Positions 48,181 to 61,230 of a stretch of 64,000 nucleotides of DNA are shown here, piece by piece. Both the position numbers and the translations under genes were made by a program. The DNA is taken from NCBI GenBank assembly GCA_013265495.1, contig MU061506.1, forward strand, positions 1,364,001 to 1,428,000, in the 5' to 3' direction. Source of the stretch: Vicugna vicugna. Taxonomy: Eukaryota. The first letter of the stretch is position 1, and the number at the start of each line of letters is the position of its first letter. The notes below the pieces were generated by a model. That model made no database searches, was not told where the DNA came from, and saw nothing but the letters and a program-made list of their open reading frames with translations.

Positions 48181-49539
48181 GGTCTTCGCAAAAAAATTAA
48201 ATAATTAACCAAATATAAATAGTAGCTCAAAAGCGGCTATAATCAGGTCAAGAGTTAATAAACTTGCTCCCTAAACTGCTCAAAAATTCTTGCTTCTGGA
48301 CCTCCCCGAGGTGCCTCAGCTTGATAAGTTATTCGACTTCCTTTTGGCACACACTCACATGGAAAGAGCCAGAACTTTCAACTGAGATTTAAAACAACTT
48401 TGGCCCGTGGCCCAGGACTCATACTGTGGAGACAGCAAAAAGTATCCTTCAAGACTCTTTAAAACAACCAGAAGGAGGAAGATGACCCAAAGCACAAGTC
48501 CTGAAATCATTTTCAAGAGACTTGCTACAGTCAAAATCAAGTGAAGTCATAAAGAAGCTTACTTTAAAACAACAACGTCTCTCTCCGTCTCCCCTTCCTG
48601 TTGCCTGCCTCACACCCTGTAACTCCATTATAACCTCCTGCACCACCACCACCACCATAAATCATAGTTTTAGCAGAGAAAGTCACCTGTGATGTAGCCT
48701 ATTTCTAGGAAAACACTGGCAAGCACCCTGCTGCCGGCTCCCAGCCATGTGCATGAATCTGTTTATGTTGCACAGATGTGGCCTTTTACTTAGCAGGGTT
48801 TCTCGTTCATTGCCAAGCCTGAGAATCCCAGAAGTTTGGGGTCAAGAGCAGGCCTGGTTATAATGCCAGCAAAATCAAGTTCTGGGCATTGTCACCTTGG
48901 CTAGTTACCTCCTTTTCTCAGCACCATTGATGGATGGACAGAGACATGCACATAAAAATCACATATTAGCACTCGCGCCCTGGCTTTGTTTTCTGAGTTG
49001 TTGGAACAGTTCTATTCTTCCATTCACTATCAGGCGAAGTGTCCTTAAAATGTGGCTTTGTGCACGTCGTACTCTTGCTAACAAGCTATCAAACACTCTT
49101 GATTGTAAGTACTACATCAAATCCTTAACCTAGACCCTCTGACCCTCCACAAACTAATTTCAAGCTGCTCTTTAAGTTTCATTGTCCACTTCTCGTTGGT
49201 ACAAGTTCCACATTCCAAGAGAATCTTCCTATGGGTTCTTGGATTAGAAGCATTTCCCAAGATTGCCAGTTCAGGTCCCCTCAGAACACTCTGGCCAGTG
49301 GGATGCACTTTATCATTTCCCAAACCCTGAGAGTGTGATTATAGAAACCAAAGACTGTATTCTGTCCATGGAAAGTATTAGTGTTCAATAGATTTTTTTT
49401 TGTAATTTTCAACAGATTTCTAACTCTTGATTCTCAATTTATTGATATGTTCCAGTGACCATTAATTCACACGCTGGAATTGGAGATGCCACTCACAATT
49501 TTCACATAGACCATATTCAGACTTTATATTTTCATACAG

Positions 49540-49860
49540 GTACACAAACACACCCTTACATTTTCTCACTTGCACAGCTTTTTGATGCCTTTTTTCCCCC
49601 TGCAGAGAAACCACTGCTTATCTACACTCGTTGAAATCCTACTAAGACTTCAAAGTCCAACTCAGATGCCGTCTCTTCCTTGAAGACTTCTAGTGGCCCA
49701 CTCTGTGTTCCACATGTGGTTCACATGGCTGTCTGCCTTGTATTATTATCTGTACTCATATCTCACTCTGTCTATTAAACCCTAAACTGGACAAGTGCAG
49801 GCAGAAGTCAGATGTCAACCACGCTTCTGTTCCAACAATATCTGGCACAATGCACTAGAC
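49540..49860 (+). mobile_element. L2 LINE 3' region
   Basis: ttcaaagtccaactcagatgccgtctcttccttgaagacttc...atatctggcacaatgcactagac. Confidence 0.6.
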
Positions 49861-49949
49861 AAAGTCAAGTTTCAATGAAAAATTGATAAAATATTAGGCG
49901 CTTCTTCTCAGGGTCACTAAAGTATATACAAAACAAATTTGGAAAATAC

Positions 49950-52690
49950 TTCCAAATATTTTTACTTATTTATTGACTTTTATGAGATGTAAACTGTATA
50001 ACTATTAAGTATATAGATTGAAAGTCTGTAGGAAGTGGATAAAGGCATGTAACCATCTTTATGATAAATCCATAGGTCATTATTTAGACTTGACAAACAA
50101 CCGCCTCTCCCAACAGGCAACTCCTAAAAGCAATTACTGTCCTCGTTTCTCTCACCCTAAAAATGTTTTCATCTGTTCATATGAGTAGGATAGTGTGGAA
50201 TGAACTCCTTTGTGTCTATTTTTGTTTGGTTTGATTTTGGGGGGGGCTCACTATTATAATTACAGATTTTATTCAGTTTTTTGCTTTGTATAGCTTTTAT
50301 TCTTTTTCATTGCTAAATGACATCCTATTCTATTAATATGCAATGATTTAATAATGTTGATGGACATTTTGGCAATGTCTAGGTTTGGCAATTATAAATA
50401 AAGCTGCTCTGAAGATTTGTACATGTCTTTTGGTGCAGTGTGTATGCATTCTGTCACATATTCCGCCAAGCCACTGTGCACGCATACACTCAGCTTTATT
50501 GGTGTTATCTTACAGTTTCCAAAGTGATTTTACCAATCTGAACTACCATCACCATTGTGTGAAAGATTCTGTTGTTTTATTTCTTTACCAACAGGGACTC
50601 TGTACGATTTTTTAAACTTCAGTCACTCATGCGGGTTTGTAGGGGTAGCTTAGTATGGTTTTAATTTGTATTTCCCTGATGATAAATAATGATAAGATAT
50701 GCTTCATGACCACTTGGATAACCTTATTGACCTATGTCTATACAGTATTGTTGCATTTGCTTTGTTAATTTACAACACATATTTACATATTTGGGATACA
50801 ATTTGTCAGACACATAAAAGTACAAATAGCCTCCCCCACTCTGTGGTTTGCATGATAGCTCTCTTAATGGTGTTTTTTTTTTGATGAATAAAAATTATTT
50901 AATGAAATACAATTAATCAATCTTTCACTTTATGATGAGTGAGCATGAGCATGTATGTCTATGTGTGTTCTCTTTTTCTCTTTTAAGAAATCTTTGCCAA
51001 ATTCAAGGTCATGAAGGTTTTCCTCTATATTTTCTTTTAGAAACTTTGTAACATAACCCTTTAATTTTAGGTCTAAGGTACATCTGGAATAAATTTTGGT
51101 GTATGGTATGGGAAAGGTGTCAAATTAATTTTTTAATAAGATACACAATTAATCTTGAGGCATTTATCTAAAAGGCCACTCTTTTTGCATTGTTCTGCCT
51201 CAGCATTTTACTATAAATCAATGCCGATTTATGCCTGGGTCAGTTTGGGGGTATTATATTCCACTTACACATGTGTCTATCTTTACTAAAATTATAGCTT
51301 CAATTACTGTCTTATTGTTGTTTTATTTTTAGCTCTGTTAGTTCATGTCCTCTAACATTGTTCATCTTTTAGATTTCTTTGGTATTTTTAGCCCTTTGTA
51401 TTTCTAAATATATTTTAGGATTCAGCTTGCCAATTTCCACAAAAATAGCCCTATATGATTTATAATTAGATATTGACTCCATACATCAGTTTGAGAATTG
51501 ACATCTTCATTAAATCTTCAAATATATGAATCTGGTACATACACCCATCTATTTAGATGTTTAAAATAGTTTCTCTTAGTAATATTTTACAGTTTTTCGT
51601 ATAGAAGTATAGAACAACTTTGTTTAGTCTGAGGCATTTTAGGTACTATCATAAATGACATATTTTCTGACGTCTGATTGCTACTTGTTTGTTACTAAGG
51701 AATCGAAATAATAATTGAATTTTACATATTATCTCATATCCAGCAATGCTATATCCAGTTATTACATTTGGATTTTGATCTATAGAATTCCTTTGCATGT
51801 TTAATATATACAATTAAGTTGTGCATGAATAAGATGGTTATATTTCTTTTCAATTTTCAAGTCTTTCATTTATTCTTTTTGCTTTGCTGAACTTGTAATG
51901 GTATAAAAATATTGAATAGATATGATGTTACCAGACATCACTGTCTCTTACTAGACTGCAGGGGCATCTTTAATATTTAACAATTAAATAAGAACTAGAG
52001 GGGTTTTGCAGCTGTATCTTAATTAGATGATTAAAGGAGTTTCTGTTTCTATTGCCATGGATTTATCATTGGTGATAAATTTTATTACAGGCTTTTAACA
52101 TATCTACTGAGATCTTCATATGGTTTTTATCTTTTTTCTGTTAATTTGTGATTTATTTTCAAATATTAAACCAATGTCTCATTCCTGAAATAAACTCAAC
52201 GTGATCATAATATCATATTATTTTTCTATATTTCTGGATTTAATTTTCTAGTATGTTGTTTGGATTTTCTTGCATGCATGTTCATGAGATGTTGGCCTAT
52301 AATTTCTTTCTCTTTTTTTGTATGGTTTTTGTCAAGTTTTCTGTTAGGGTCATGCTGGGCCCATAAAACAAGTTTGCGAATGTTTCTTATTCTTCTGTTC
52401 TCTGGAAGAGTTTAAGATTGGTGGTTTCTTTTTTTTTTTTCTTTTCTTTTCCTTAAATGTTTAGGAGAATTCACCAGTGAAGATATTTGACCCTTTGGAT
52501 TCATTTGTGAAAATGTTTTCAATTAAGAATCCAACAATTTTGTTCTTATTTTCTATTTCTTTCTATGTTTGCTTGATTATTAATCAAGTTTAGTTTTCAT
52601 CTATATTGTTAAATGTATTAACAATTTACGTTTCCCAATATATTTTTATTTTTTAAACTGTGATATATGTAGTGATGAATTCTTTTTCAC
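49950..52690 (-). mobile_element. Old L1 (L1ME-like) 3' UTR and ORF2 3' half, degraded
   Basis: Continuous T-rich antisense L1 sequence (gaaatctttgccaaattcaaggtcatgaagg, catctggaataaattttggtgtatggtatg, ttgagaattgacatctt, ttaaaccaatgtctcattcctgaaataaactcaac). Confidence 0.85.
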
Positions 52691-52691
52691 T

Positions 52692-53170
52692 TTTTAAATG
52701 AATACACTATATTTATGAGAAGCTTTAGGTGTACAACAAAATTGACCAAAAAGTACAGAGAGTTCCCACATACCTCTTGCCACCCCCCCACACACACATA
52801 CAGTCTCCTCCACCATCAGTGTCCTGTGCCAGAGCAGTGTCTTTAGGACAGTCCATGAACCTATGCTGACACATCGTCACCCACAGCACATAGATTACAC
52901 TAGTAATGCTAGGTGTCGAACATTTTATGAGTTATGACAAATGTGTAATGACTTACCCACCACTGTAGTATCATACAGAACGATTTCACTGTCCTAAAAA
53001 ACATCCTGTGCTCCATTTATTCCCTCTAGCCCCTCAAATCCTTGACTAACACTGATCTTTTCACTGTCTCCATAGTTCTCTTGTTTTTCAGATTGTCGCA
53101 CACTTGGAACCAGACAGTGTGCAGCCTTTTCAGACTGACTGCTTTCGCGGAGGGTAGGCTTAGGTGTTCA
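52692..53170 (-). mobile_element. L1MB-type 3' end
   Basis: tttatgagaagctttaggtgtacaacaaaattgaccaaaaagtacagagagttcccacatacc...gtatcatacagaacgatttcactgtcctaaaaa. Confidence 0.85.
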
Positions 53171-53249
53171 TGACAGAGAGAAGAGTGGCGCATCTGCAGT
53201 TCATAATGTGTTCTTCACTTACTTTGCCTCCGTTTACTTTCTTTACTTT

Positions 53250-53450
53250 GGCTTACCTTCAAAAATACGGCCTCTGCGATAAATCAGGAAGAGATGCCAT
53301 TACTCCCTTTTTGACAGATGAGGAAATAAAGAGTGGAGTATCAGATACGGTAAGCGACGTAACCACGTTTACATAACCAGTCAGTCAGCAGATCAGGGAA
53401 CAGAACTTGTCCGTGCTTAGGACCGTTGCCAGAACCTCCATGCAGATCTA
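53250..53450 (-). mobile_element. MIR SINE
   Basis: ttactccctttttgacagatgaggaaataaagag core. Confidence 0.75.
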
Positions 53451-53574
53451 CATTGGTGCAAGGCAGGGAAAGCTACTTTGGTGACGGTCATGAAAAGCAA
53501 GAACAAAGTACTTCAAAGTGATGAAACACTGCAAACAAATCTGAAATTAACAGTGATGACTAAATTAAAATGAT

Positions 53575-53800
53575 GAGAGCAATAGCACAGTGATGTGATT
53601 TTAGAAGACTTGGTTTTGACTAAGTCTGTCATTTTAAGATTTATAATCTCAGGCAAGATCATTGTACTCCTTAATTCTCAGTTTCCTCCTCTGTGGAATA
53701 GTGACAAATGACATCAGCACCAGCAACAAAAACAAAAAAACATGGATTATTCTAAGACTAAAGTGAAATAACATATGCAAGAACACTTCAAAATGATCAA
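53575..53800 (+). mobile_element. MIR SINE
   Basis: tctcagtttcctcctctgtggaatagtga core. Confidence 0.7.
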
Positions 53801-54879
53801 AAATGTCATTCAATTCCCAGCGAATTTTATACTAAATATTGTCTTAGTCTTGCCCAAATGTTCATACTTCTAAAAAAGTTATTTCTTCTTTCTATAAAAC
53901 AGATTTCTACATAATATGGCAAGTTTGGTTTTATGTACCACTTTATTTCTCTTTGTTTACTTTCAGTTTTGAGTGAGTACATGTGTCCATGGGCCACAGA
54001 CTGCTGGAGTAATAAACCTGGTGCTTGAAGAATTATGATTTCAGGTGGGGAGCATGAAGCAATTGTACTGACATAAGTCTATGCTCCCCAAAATATCCTA
54101 AGTCATAAATATTGTGGTGCTGAAATTCAGCAGAGACGTTACATACACTCTGCACCAAATTATGGTTCAGAATTATTTCTCTCTAGAATTGTTGAAAGTT
54201 AGCAATAGAATGAGCTAAAATATTCTACTGCTATTATCATTTAAAAATAGTAATATTAATGTACAATAATGAATCTCACATGAATAATATTTAATTAGAA
54301 CTTCAATAAATGGAAATCTAAATAAAAATTTTCTTTATATTTTCTACTTTTAGGTAGAAGAAGGAATAGGAGGGAAATAAAAGAGAAAGGAAAATAAACA
54401 AACAAAAAAGCAGACAAGAGATGAAGAAAGAAATTGTTACTTATTTATGGAGGGTCCATGATAAGAATCTGAAAATGGACAGGCTCAACATTTTGGCATG
54501 TAAGAAAAAATATTCTGAGGCAATAATATTAATGGCAAGTATGTTCCTTTAATACAGAATTGGGCAATCATTGTTGAGATAAAAATGATAATTTACAAGA
54601 GCTATTACAAAATCACAAGACTGAACAGAAAGAAGGAAGATGCCCTGGTTGAGAACAGTATAAAAAAATGCTTTCTATGTATCAGATCAGTTAAACCCAT
54701 AGCTACTCATTTTGAAAGTTATTAATTAACCCATTGTTCAGATGAAGAAAGACAGTTCCAAGAAATTAAATTGTCTGTCCAAGGTGTAATAGAGCCAGGA
54801 TTCAAGTGTGCTTGAATGTATGCCCTTTCTAGTTTGTTGGATATCACAGTGAACTAAAAAGGCAAACATATGAAACTCA

Positions 54880-55370
54880 TAAAATTTAAATGGAAATGAG
54901 TTTGTGTTTTTTTACCCTAAGTGCAATATGACGCCGTTGGAGGGCTTCAAATGAAAGAGTGAATTACATAAATCACTAGTATCAGTCAGGACGGAACTCA
55001 GGACAAACCAGGTGTTCTATGTTATGGAAAATGATGCTATTTTATTATGATGTAGCCAAATGAGCTGAAAAGAGCAGGTGAGAATTGATTGTAGGGGGCA
55101 TGAGTGGATCATTTAAGAGGTCATTGTCATAATATGGGCAGAAGGTTATGGTAGCTTGAACTGAGTTACTATCAGTGTAACCTGAGAAAAGTTGATGCCT
55201 TTAGGATATGCCTTGGGGCAGCTTGATAGTAGATTAAAAAGGTAAAATAAATGGATAGATCAAGGGTGACACCTGGATTTTTAGTGCAAACAGATGAAAC
55301 AAAGTCTGATCTTCCTATTCTGAAATTACTTTTCATCAAGAAAGCTGGACTGTTTTGCTTCAATTAGGAC
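54880..55370 (-). mobile_element. L2 LINE fragment
   Basis: ccctaagtgcaatatgacgccgttggagggcttcaaatgaaagagtga...gggtgacacctggatttttagtg. Confidence 0.6.
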
Positions 55371-55446
55371 CTACATAGCATTTCTCTGATCATTTTCTCC
55401 ATTCTCTCTAAGATTCTACCACTGAGCTAGCTAGCATCAAAATATA

Positions 55447-55471
55447 AACACACACACACACACACACACAC
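55447..55471. repeat. (CA)n microsatellite
   Basis: Directly visible. Confidence 0.9.
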
Positions 55472-55489
55472 ATGTTTTGGGGCATGCCA

Positions 55490-56780
55490 GGATGTAAAAA
55501 TTTTAACAATCACAAAATTTTTCTGAAAGTCATGTTAAAGAGAAATTTCAGCAAAATAATGAGTTCAAGAGAAAAGAAAATTCAAGATTTAATATGAAAT
55601 TGTCAACAAATAAATCAGTACTTATTACATTTAAATCTAAATTATATTGAAAGTTAAATTTTAAAAAAATAGACATTTATAAATTAAATTCTGAGATAAT
55701 CTCAAAATGGATGAAGCAATAATTAAGAGGAATTGAAAATCATATTATCTTTCTCAACTCTGAATTAGACACAAAAGAAAAACATACGTTGAAATAAGTT
55801 TGTTATTTCTCTTGACATAACTACTAAAGAAATTAAATAAAAATATAAAATTTGGGTAATTACAGGAAAATAGAATAAAGGAAATATTATCAATCAAAAA
55901 AATGTGAAAAACAAGACATAATACTAGAAAAAATTCTAAGATGTTAAAAAGTATGCCAAATAAAAATCATTAAATAAGATGGCAAGAATACTTTCAACTA
56001 TGTCAGGAATTAAATTAAATGTGAATGGAATATTTGTTTAGTAAAAATAGGATAATACCACTCTAGTCAAGGAAACAATATCCAAGCATATTCTATATAC
56101 AAAATATAAAACTAAATAAAAAAAAATTTTAAAGAAACATGAAGGTTGAAAATACAGGGTATGTATTAGCTTGGACTGACTTGGTGTCTTAAGCAACAGA
56201 AATTTATTTATCAAAGTTCTGGAGGCTGAAAATCTCAGATCAAGGTGCCAGCCTGACTGAATTCTACTGAGAAGCCTCTTCCTGGCTTGCAGACAACCAC
56301 CGCATCCCTGTGTTCTCCCAGAAGAAAGAGAGAGAGAGAGAGCACTCTCATGCCTCTTCCTACAAGGGCACTAATTTCATCACAAGGGCCCCAACCTCAT
56401 ACTTCATCTAACCCCTAATCACCTCCCAAAGACTCCACCTCCAAATACCATCACATCAACATACGAATTTGGAGGGGTCAAGTTCAGTCCATAACAGCAT
56501 GTAAACAGGTTATACTGAAAGTTATATCAACAATATCAGTCAAAATATAATTCAACATGAATTATAATAATCTATGCTATGGTAGTCTATTGTTATTAAA
56601 TGACATAGCTTCAAATAAATAGAAATGAACAAAATGAACAATATTCATAATATATTTTTAAGAGAAAAACACAGGTCATGGAGTACAATTTATAACATAT
56701 ATGATTTGATTTATATACATATATATGCATTTATTATTATATATACATTTATAAAAATAGTTGAAAGACATACACCAAAT
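55490..56780 (+). mobile_element. Old L1 (L1ME-like) ORF1/ORF2 junction, split by an MLT1A LTR
   Basis: A-rich sense L1; caactatgtcaggaattaaattaaatgtgaatgga corresponds to the ORF2 endonuclease start (ITLNVNG). Confidence 0.6.
56162..56496 (-). mobile_element. MaLR solo LTR (MLT1A0-like)
   Basis: tgtattag...cttaagcaacagaaatttattt...gttctggaggctgaaaatctcagatcaaggtgccagc...ctaatcacctcccaaag...ttcagtccataaca. Confidence 0.9.
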
Positions 56781-56799
56781 TGTTGACAATGTCTCTATG

Positions 56800-57400
56800 T
56801 CTGGGTCCTGGTGGGAACTGACATAAAGTCCCATTAGCCCCTGTATCATCATGATGTGATGTCAATTCAGTCACATATGCACCAAAACCTAAGTTATAAT
56901 ATGACTTAATCACCCCCTATACTCTTCTTATAGGGTAGCTGGAAAAGGGGGACTTGAGAAACTAAGTATCATGGCCACTCATTGTCTTCTTCCCCCTTTT
57001 CCATCCGGCACAAAGCCTAAATTGGTAATTATAATTTCCTTCTCCCACCATTTTTTTTTCCATATCTCATTTCTTCTCTTATAGCACCTCAACTAGTCAA
57101 AGTTTCTTGCCTGGAGGTTGACACTAAAGTTTACTTCGAAAAGATCCAAATCCTGAGAGGTCCTATTTCTATCGCATTAAGAACTTCCACCAGAACTTAG
57201 TTATCATAGGCACCACAGTGAGTCACCGGTGTGCCTGATGTAGTCCTTGCCACACCATGTATCAGCCACCTGTTTGCTCCCGGCAAACAGATTAGCCACC
57301 CAGTCCTATAGAGTTATCACTCCTTAGCCTGTTAGCTCAGCAGTGAAAGGAGCTCAAAATGCCAGAGACAGTCTTCACTTCTACTTTGTTAGGACAATGG
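56800..57400 (-). mobile_element. ERVL internal-region remnant (3' part)
   Basis: Reverse complement contains gtgaagactgtctctggcattttgagctcc...caacctccaggcaagaaactttgactagttgaggtgct, matching the recalled ERVL-int 3' region. Confidence 0.6.
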
Positions 57401-57939
57401 CAGTCAGCCGTGGTGCAATATTCTCCTTGAAAACAAGAGCTTTTGAAAGTATTGTTTACCAGGGTGCGGAAGGAAAGTGCAGAGTGTGTCGGGTATAATA
57501 ATGAAGGCAGCCCCTTCTAATCTTAGCCCTTTCATTTCTTAGTGTTATTTTTGAAATCAGTGTTTTGCATCTTTGTTTAGGCACATATGGTGAACATTCT
57601 GTGTGTGCTTCTAACGCATTTCTAATATTATTAGAAAGCACAATTTTAGGACTTTTATAACACTCGTGTGGAATTTGAGATGTTTACTCCAAACCCTCCT
57701 GGTGAATAATTAGATCATTGCTAAATAGTTCTGTTAAGACTAATGCTTCAGAGAATATCTTCACACATAAATCTTTATATAAAATAAGTAGTATTTGGCA
57801 TAGAGCAGGTGTCAATTGATTGTAAGACCGAAGAACACTATGAGCAACGGCACGAAGGCAAATGTGATGATATATGCTGGAAAACAATGATTCTTATGTG
57901 CCTGGAGTTTGTGCATGAGTGTGGGACTTGGCTGTGCAA

Positions 57940-58190
57940 AAAGTATACACCGTGAGGGCAATAAGATCGACTTTTGAGAGTTCGCATGTCATGGTGGCAG
58001 TAATTAGAACAGCTGGATTGAATCTCTGGACCCATCATTTACCGACTGTGTGAATGTCAGTCTATTCATTTTCCTATATGTAAAACATGGGTAATAGTAC
58101 CAACTTCACTGAGAATTTAGGAGGTTAAATGAGATACTGTAGAAAAAGTGTTCAAGATCTGGTACATGTAAAGCGATCAGGAAATGTTTG
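57940..58190 (+). mobile_element. MIR SINE
   Basis: attcattttcctatatgtaaaacatgggtaatagtaccaacttcactgagaatttaggaggttaaatgagat. Confidence 0.75.
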
Positions 58191-58379
58191 CAATGATTAT
58201 TATCATTGTTATGATCTTCATCATCATTGTCATTGTCATCTTTATTCTTGGTGCCCGTTTAACAAGTCTCGTGTCCAAGATTTCCATTAGACTATGAAGA
58301 AAAAATAAGATTGCCATTTTTAAAATAATTTTGGCTTTGATACCTGGTAGGTTCACTATCAAATTACTCACTCTGTGAG

Positions 58380-58540
58380 GATAGCCATATTATTCAACAT
58401 CCCTGAAGTTCAGTTTTCTCAAATATAAGATAAGAATATAAACATCAATTAACATATGATTGCTCCGAGAATAAAGTGAGGTCATATATTAGAGCACCTG
58501 ATCTAATAGGGACTTGATAGACAATAGTTTCACCATTATT
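58380..58540 (+). mobile_element. MIR SINE
   Basis: gttcagttttctcaaatataagataagaat...gagaataaagtgagg. Confidence 0.6.
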
Positions 58541-59429
58541 AAAAATATTATTAGTACTTTTGCAATTGCTGCATCTGTGTGTGCATGTGTGGTCAGAATG
58601 TACGTCTTACTACAATATAATGATTCCAACATAATCAGGACTCCAGAGATCAGAGCAGGGTCTCTTCTAACAATCGGTTTTTATTTTACAATTAAAGTCT
58701 GAGAGGAGAAAAGGGGCCAATCCTCCAGAATTAGTATCTCTGAAGGATAGTTTCCCCTTGGTCAACTGAGAGTCGGCGGAATAAAGAAAAAATGGGCATT
58801 TCCGGAATGGTTTTGCTAATTATCACAGACAGCTGGAACAGGAGGAACATTTGCAGGGAAAAGGTCAGATGGGGAAATGGTGGCTTTCTACACTGGCCCC
58901 CCCAGTGCCACCTTGTCTGAGAGACCTTTGTTTGTTTTCCTGCTCGCTGGTTTGAGGGTGTGGGTGGGTGATATTTTGGTCTCCTTCAATCACAGTCTCC
59001 TTCCACAAAAATGGGAACGAGCTGAAGACCATCTTCACTGCCCCCGAATTCCCTAATCAGTCTCAAGATAGACTATCTTTTCCCGTCTCCCGGTTTCCTT
59101 TGTTATCTTCCAAAGAGGCAAAAACATTTGCTTCATGAGATTTAACAATTCATTCCCATTCTGTGACTTTTCCCAGGGACTAGATTTTAAAAAAGGGAGA
59201 TTTCTTGACTCTTTCAAGAACTCAGTCTCAGCTGAACATCGTCCAGCCCTAGGTGGAAGTCCTTTCTCCCTGTGCGCATGAGGCAAACCTCACTGCTGTC
59301 GGCATCCAGAAGATCGCCAACTCATCAAGGGAACCGCCTTCCTCTTTTTTATCATAGCCTCTCCAGAGGGACTGGTGACAGCGTTCCATTTATAAAGAAA
59401 TTATTTTATGGATATTTGCGTATTCACTT

Positions 59430-59950
59430 GTGACAGTAATAGTTATAATAACGGGTAGCAGCTGCGACACTTCCCATGTAGCAGTCTCTAAATCAGTGCT
59501 TCCTAAGATATCTGTGATCAAGGATCCAATTTTTTTTTACCAAATTAAATTAAATTTGAATAATATAAAAATAAAATAAAAAGACATCCCAAATACATAT
59601 GCATTTTAATTATTAGATTCAACAAACATAACATGACTGCCAAACTCATTAAACATTTCTGAATGTTTATTTAAATTTCCACGCTTTTCATGGAACAGGT
59701 ACAGATTGTGACCCAACGTTGTCTGTGAACCATGCTTTCGTAGTGCTGCTCTAAACAGAGTGTGCATGTGATGGTGCCTTTAACCTCTAAACTACCTTGT
59801 TTTGCTTTTATTTGCCCCATTTTACAGACATGGAAAGCAAGGCACGAGGCATGAGGCATTAAGTGACTTGCTCAAGGTCATTTGTCTTATAAATGTTAGG
59901 CAGAATATGAACCCAAGATTCAGAGTTTGCACTCCTAACCCCTAGACGGT
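59430..59950 (-). mobile_element. MIR SINE split by MER33
   Basis: 3' part before 59494; core cccattttacagacatggaaagcaaggcacgagg...aagtgacttgctcaaggtca after 59749. Confidence 0.75.
59494..59748 (+). mobile_element. MER33 hAT-Charlie MITE
   Basis: TIRs cagtgcttc / tagtgctg; internal attattagattcaacaaacataa; 8-bp TSD CTCTAAAT (59486-59493) / CTCTAAAC (59749-59756). Confidence 0.85.
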
Positions 59951-60059
59951 ACTGAAGAAATAAAGGTTTCTGGTATATTTCTAATATCAAATCATCAAAG
60001 GCAGAGTTACAGCAGTTCTTTATATTTGTGTCACACCTTGTACTGTCCAAAGTACTTTT

Positions 60060-60260
60060 TACCTATATTGGATCATTTGATACTGACAGCCACCCTGTGA
60101 GTAAAGAAGACAAGAATCCTTTTTCCCACTGTCATATGTAAATCCTTGGGTCCCCGAGATGTTCACTGACCTGTCTAAGGTAAAAGATATGACTTGAGCT
60201 GCATGTCTGGACTCCTCATCATCTTGTTTTATACAAATCACACAATAAGGAATGTGTGGT
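60060..60260 (-). mobile_element. MIR SINE
   Basis: tactgacagccaccctgtgagtaaag...ttcactgacctgtctaaggt. Confidence 0.6.
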
Positions 60261-60959
60261 TTAGACAAGAGAGTCTAAGGCCCTGGGAACCTCTTTAAAA
60301 GTAGCAAAAATCTGTGTGGTGGAAATGATGAAATGATGAAACATAAGATGAATGACTGTGCTTCTACAAAAAAAAAAATTGCTAGAAACCAGAATAAAGA
60401 TGTTCCTTAAAAGTGGAAAGCTAGGCATGTGACTTGAGGCTCTGGCTGCCTTGGTGAGTTTACTGTTGATTTAACTCAGAATCACCAGAAGGTGGGAACA
60501 GGAGTGAAGCTTCAGAGATAGTCAGTTAAGGCATGAATATAACCTTAAGATTTTTTGTTTTCTACCAAGACCTTCAATCTATACACATACCTTTTGCAGT
60601 CATGTCAAGTAATTTTTGCAAAAGCAATATTAATTAGAGTGACTGTACTCATTTGAGATGAAGATGCTGAAAATTCCAGGGTAATTTAGAGAGAGCTCTT
60701 TAAAGCTAAGAAGTGAAAGGCTTGGGACTGAGTAGTTTTCTTCTGGTTTGAAATCCCAGATTCTTCCCTCACTACTGAATCTTCCTGTTTTACAGATACT
60801 TCTGTGATCTCCTGGGTCATAAACTGGGAGGACAACAGAGGAAACGTACTGAGTGGTTAGAAATGTATTAAGTTTCAGCTTTGGTCAGCTAACGGTTTAA
60901 GGAAAAAGAATCCGAAGACATAGCCTATACACAGAGACGAGACCTACGTAAGTTTTGCT

Positions 60960-61230
60960 ATCAACTAATCAAGTGACTATAGGCCATATGTTCATTCGTT
61001 CATTAAACAAAACTTGATGGCTTACTATATAACAAATACTGAGACAGGACAGGAGAATTAGATGAATGAGATACGGACTTAGGTGTTTCCATCGGATTAA
61101 TGGTCTACTGCAGTGGGTCCACCAGCCTTTACGAGTAACACACTCCTTCAAGAATGTATTGAAAGCTTTGGATTCCATCTATAGGGAACTGCAGAGGGTG
61201 ACATAGACATGTACATACAACAACTCTGCT
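60960..61230 (-). mobile_element. L2 LINE 3' end
   Basis: ttcattcgttcattaaacaaaacttgatggcttactatataacaaatactg. Confidence 0.6.

Noticed and set aside
28043-59053. GGGAATTCGGG shared between 28043 (+) and 59043 (-)
   Set aside because: One shared 11-mer in 64 kb is expected by chance, and it is not a canonical kB site.
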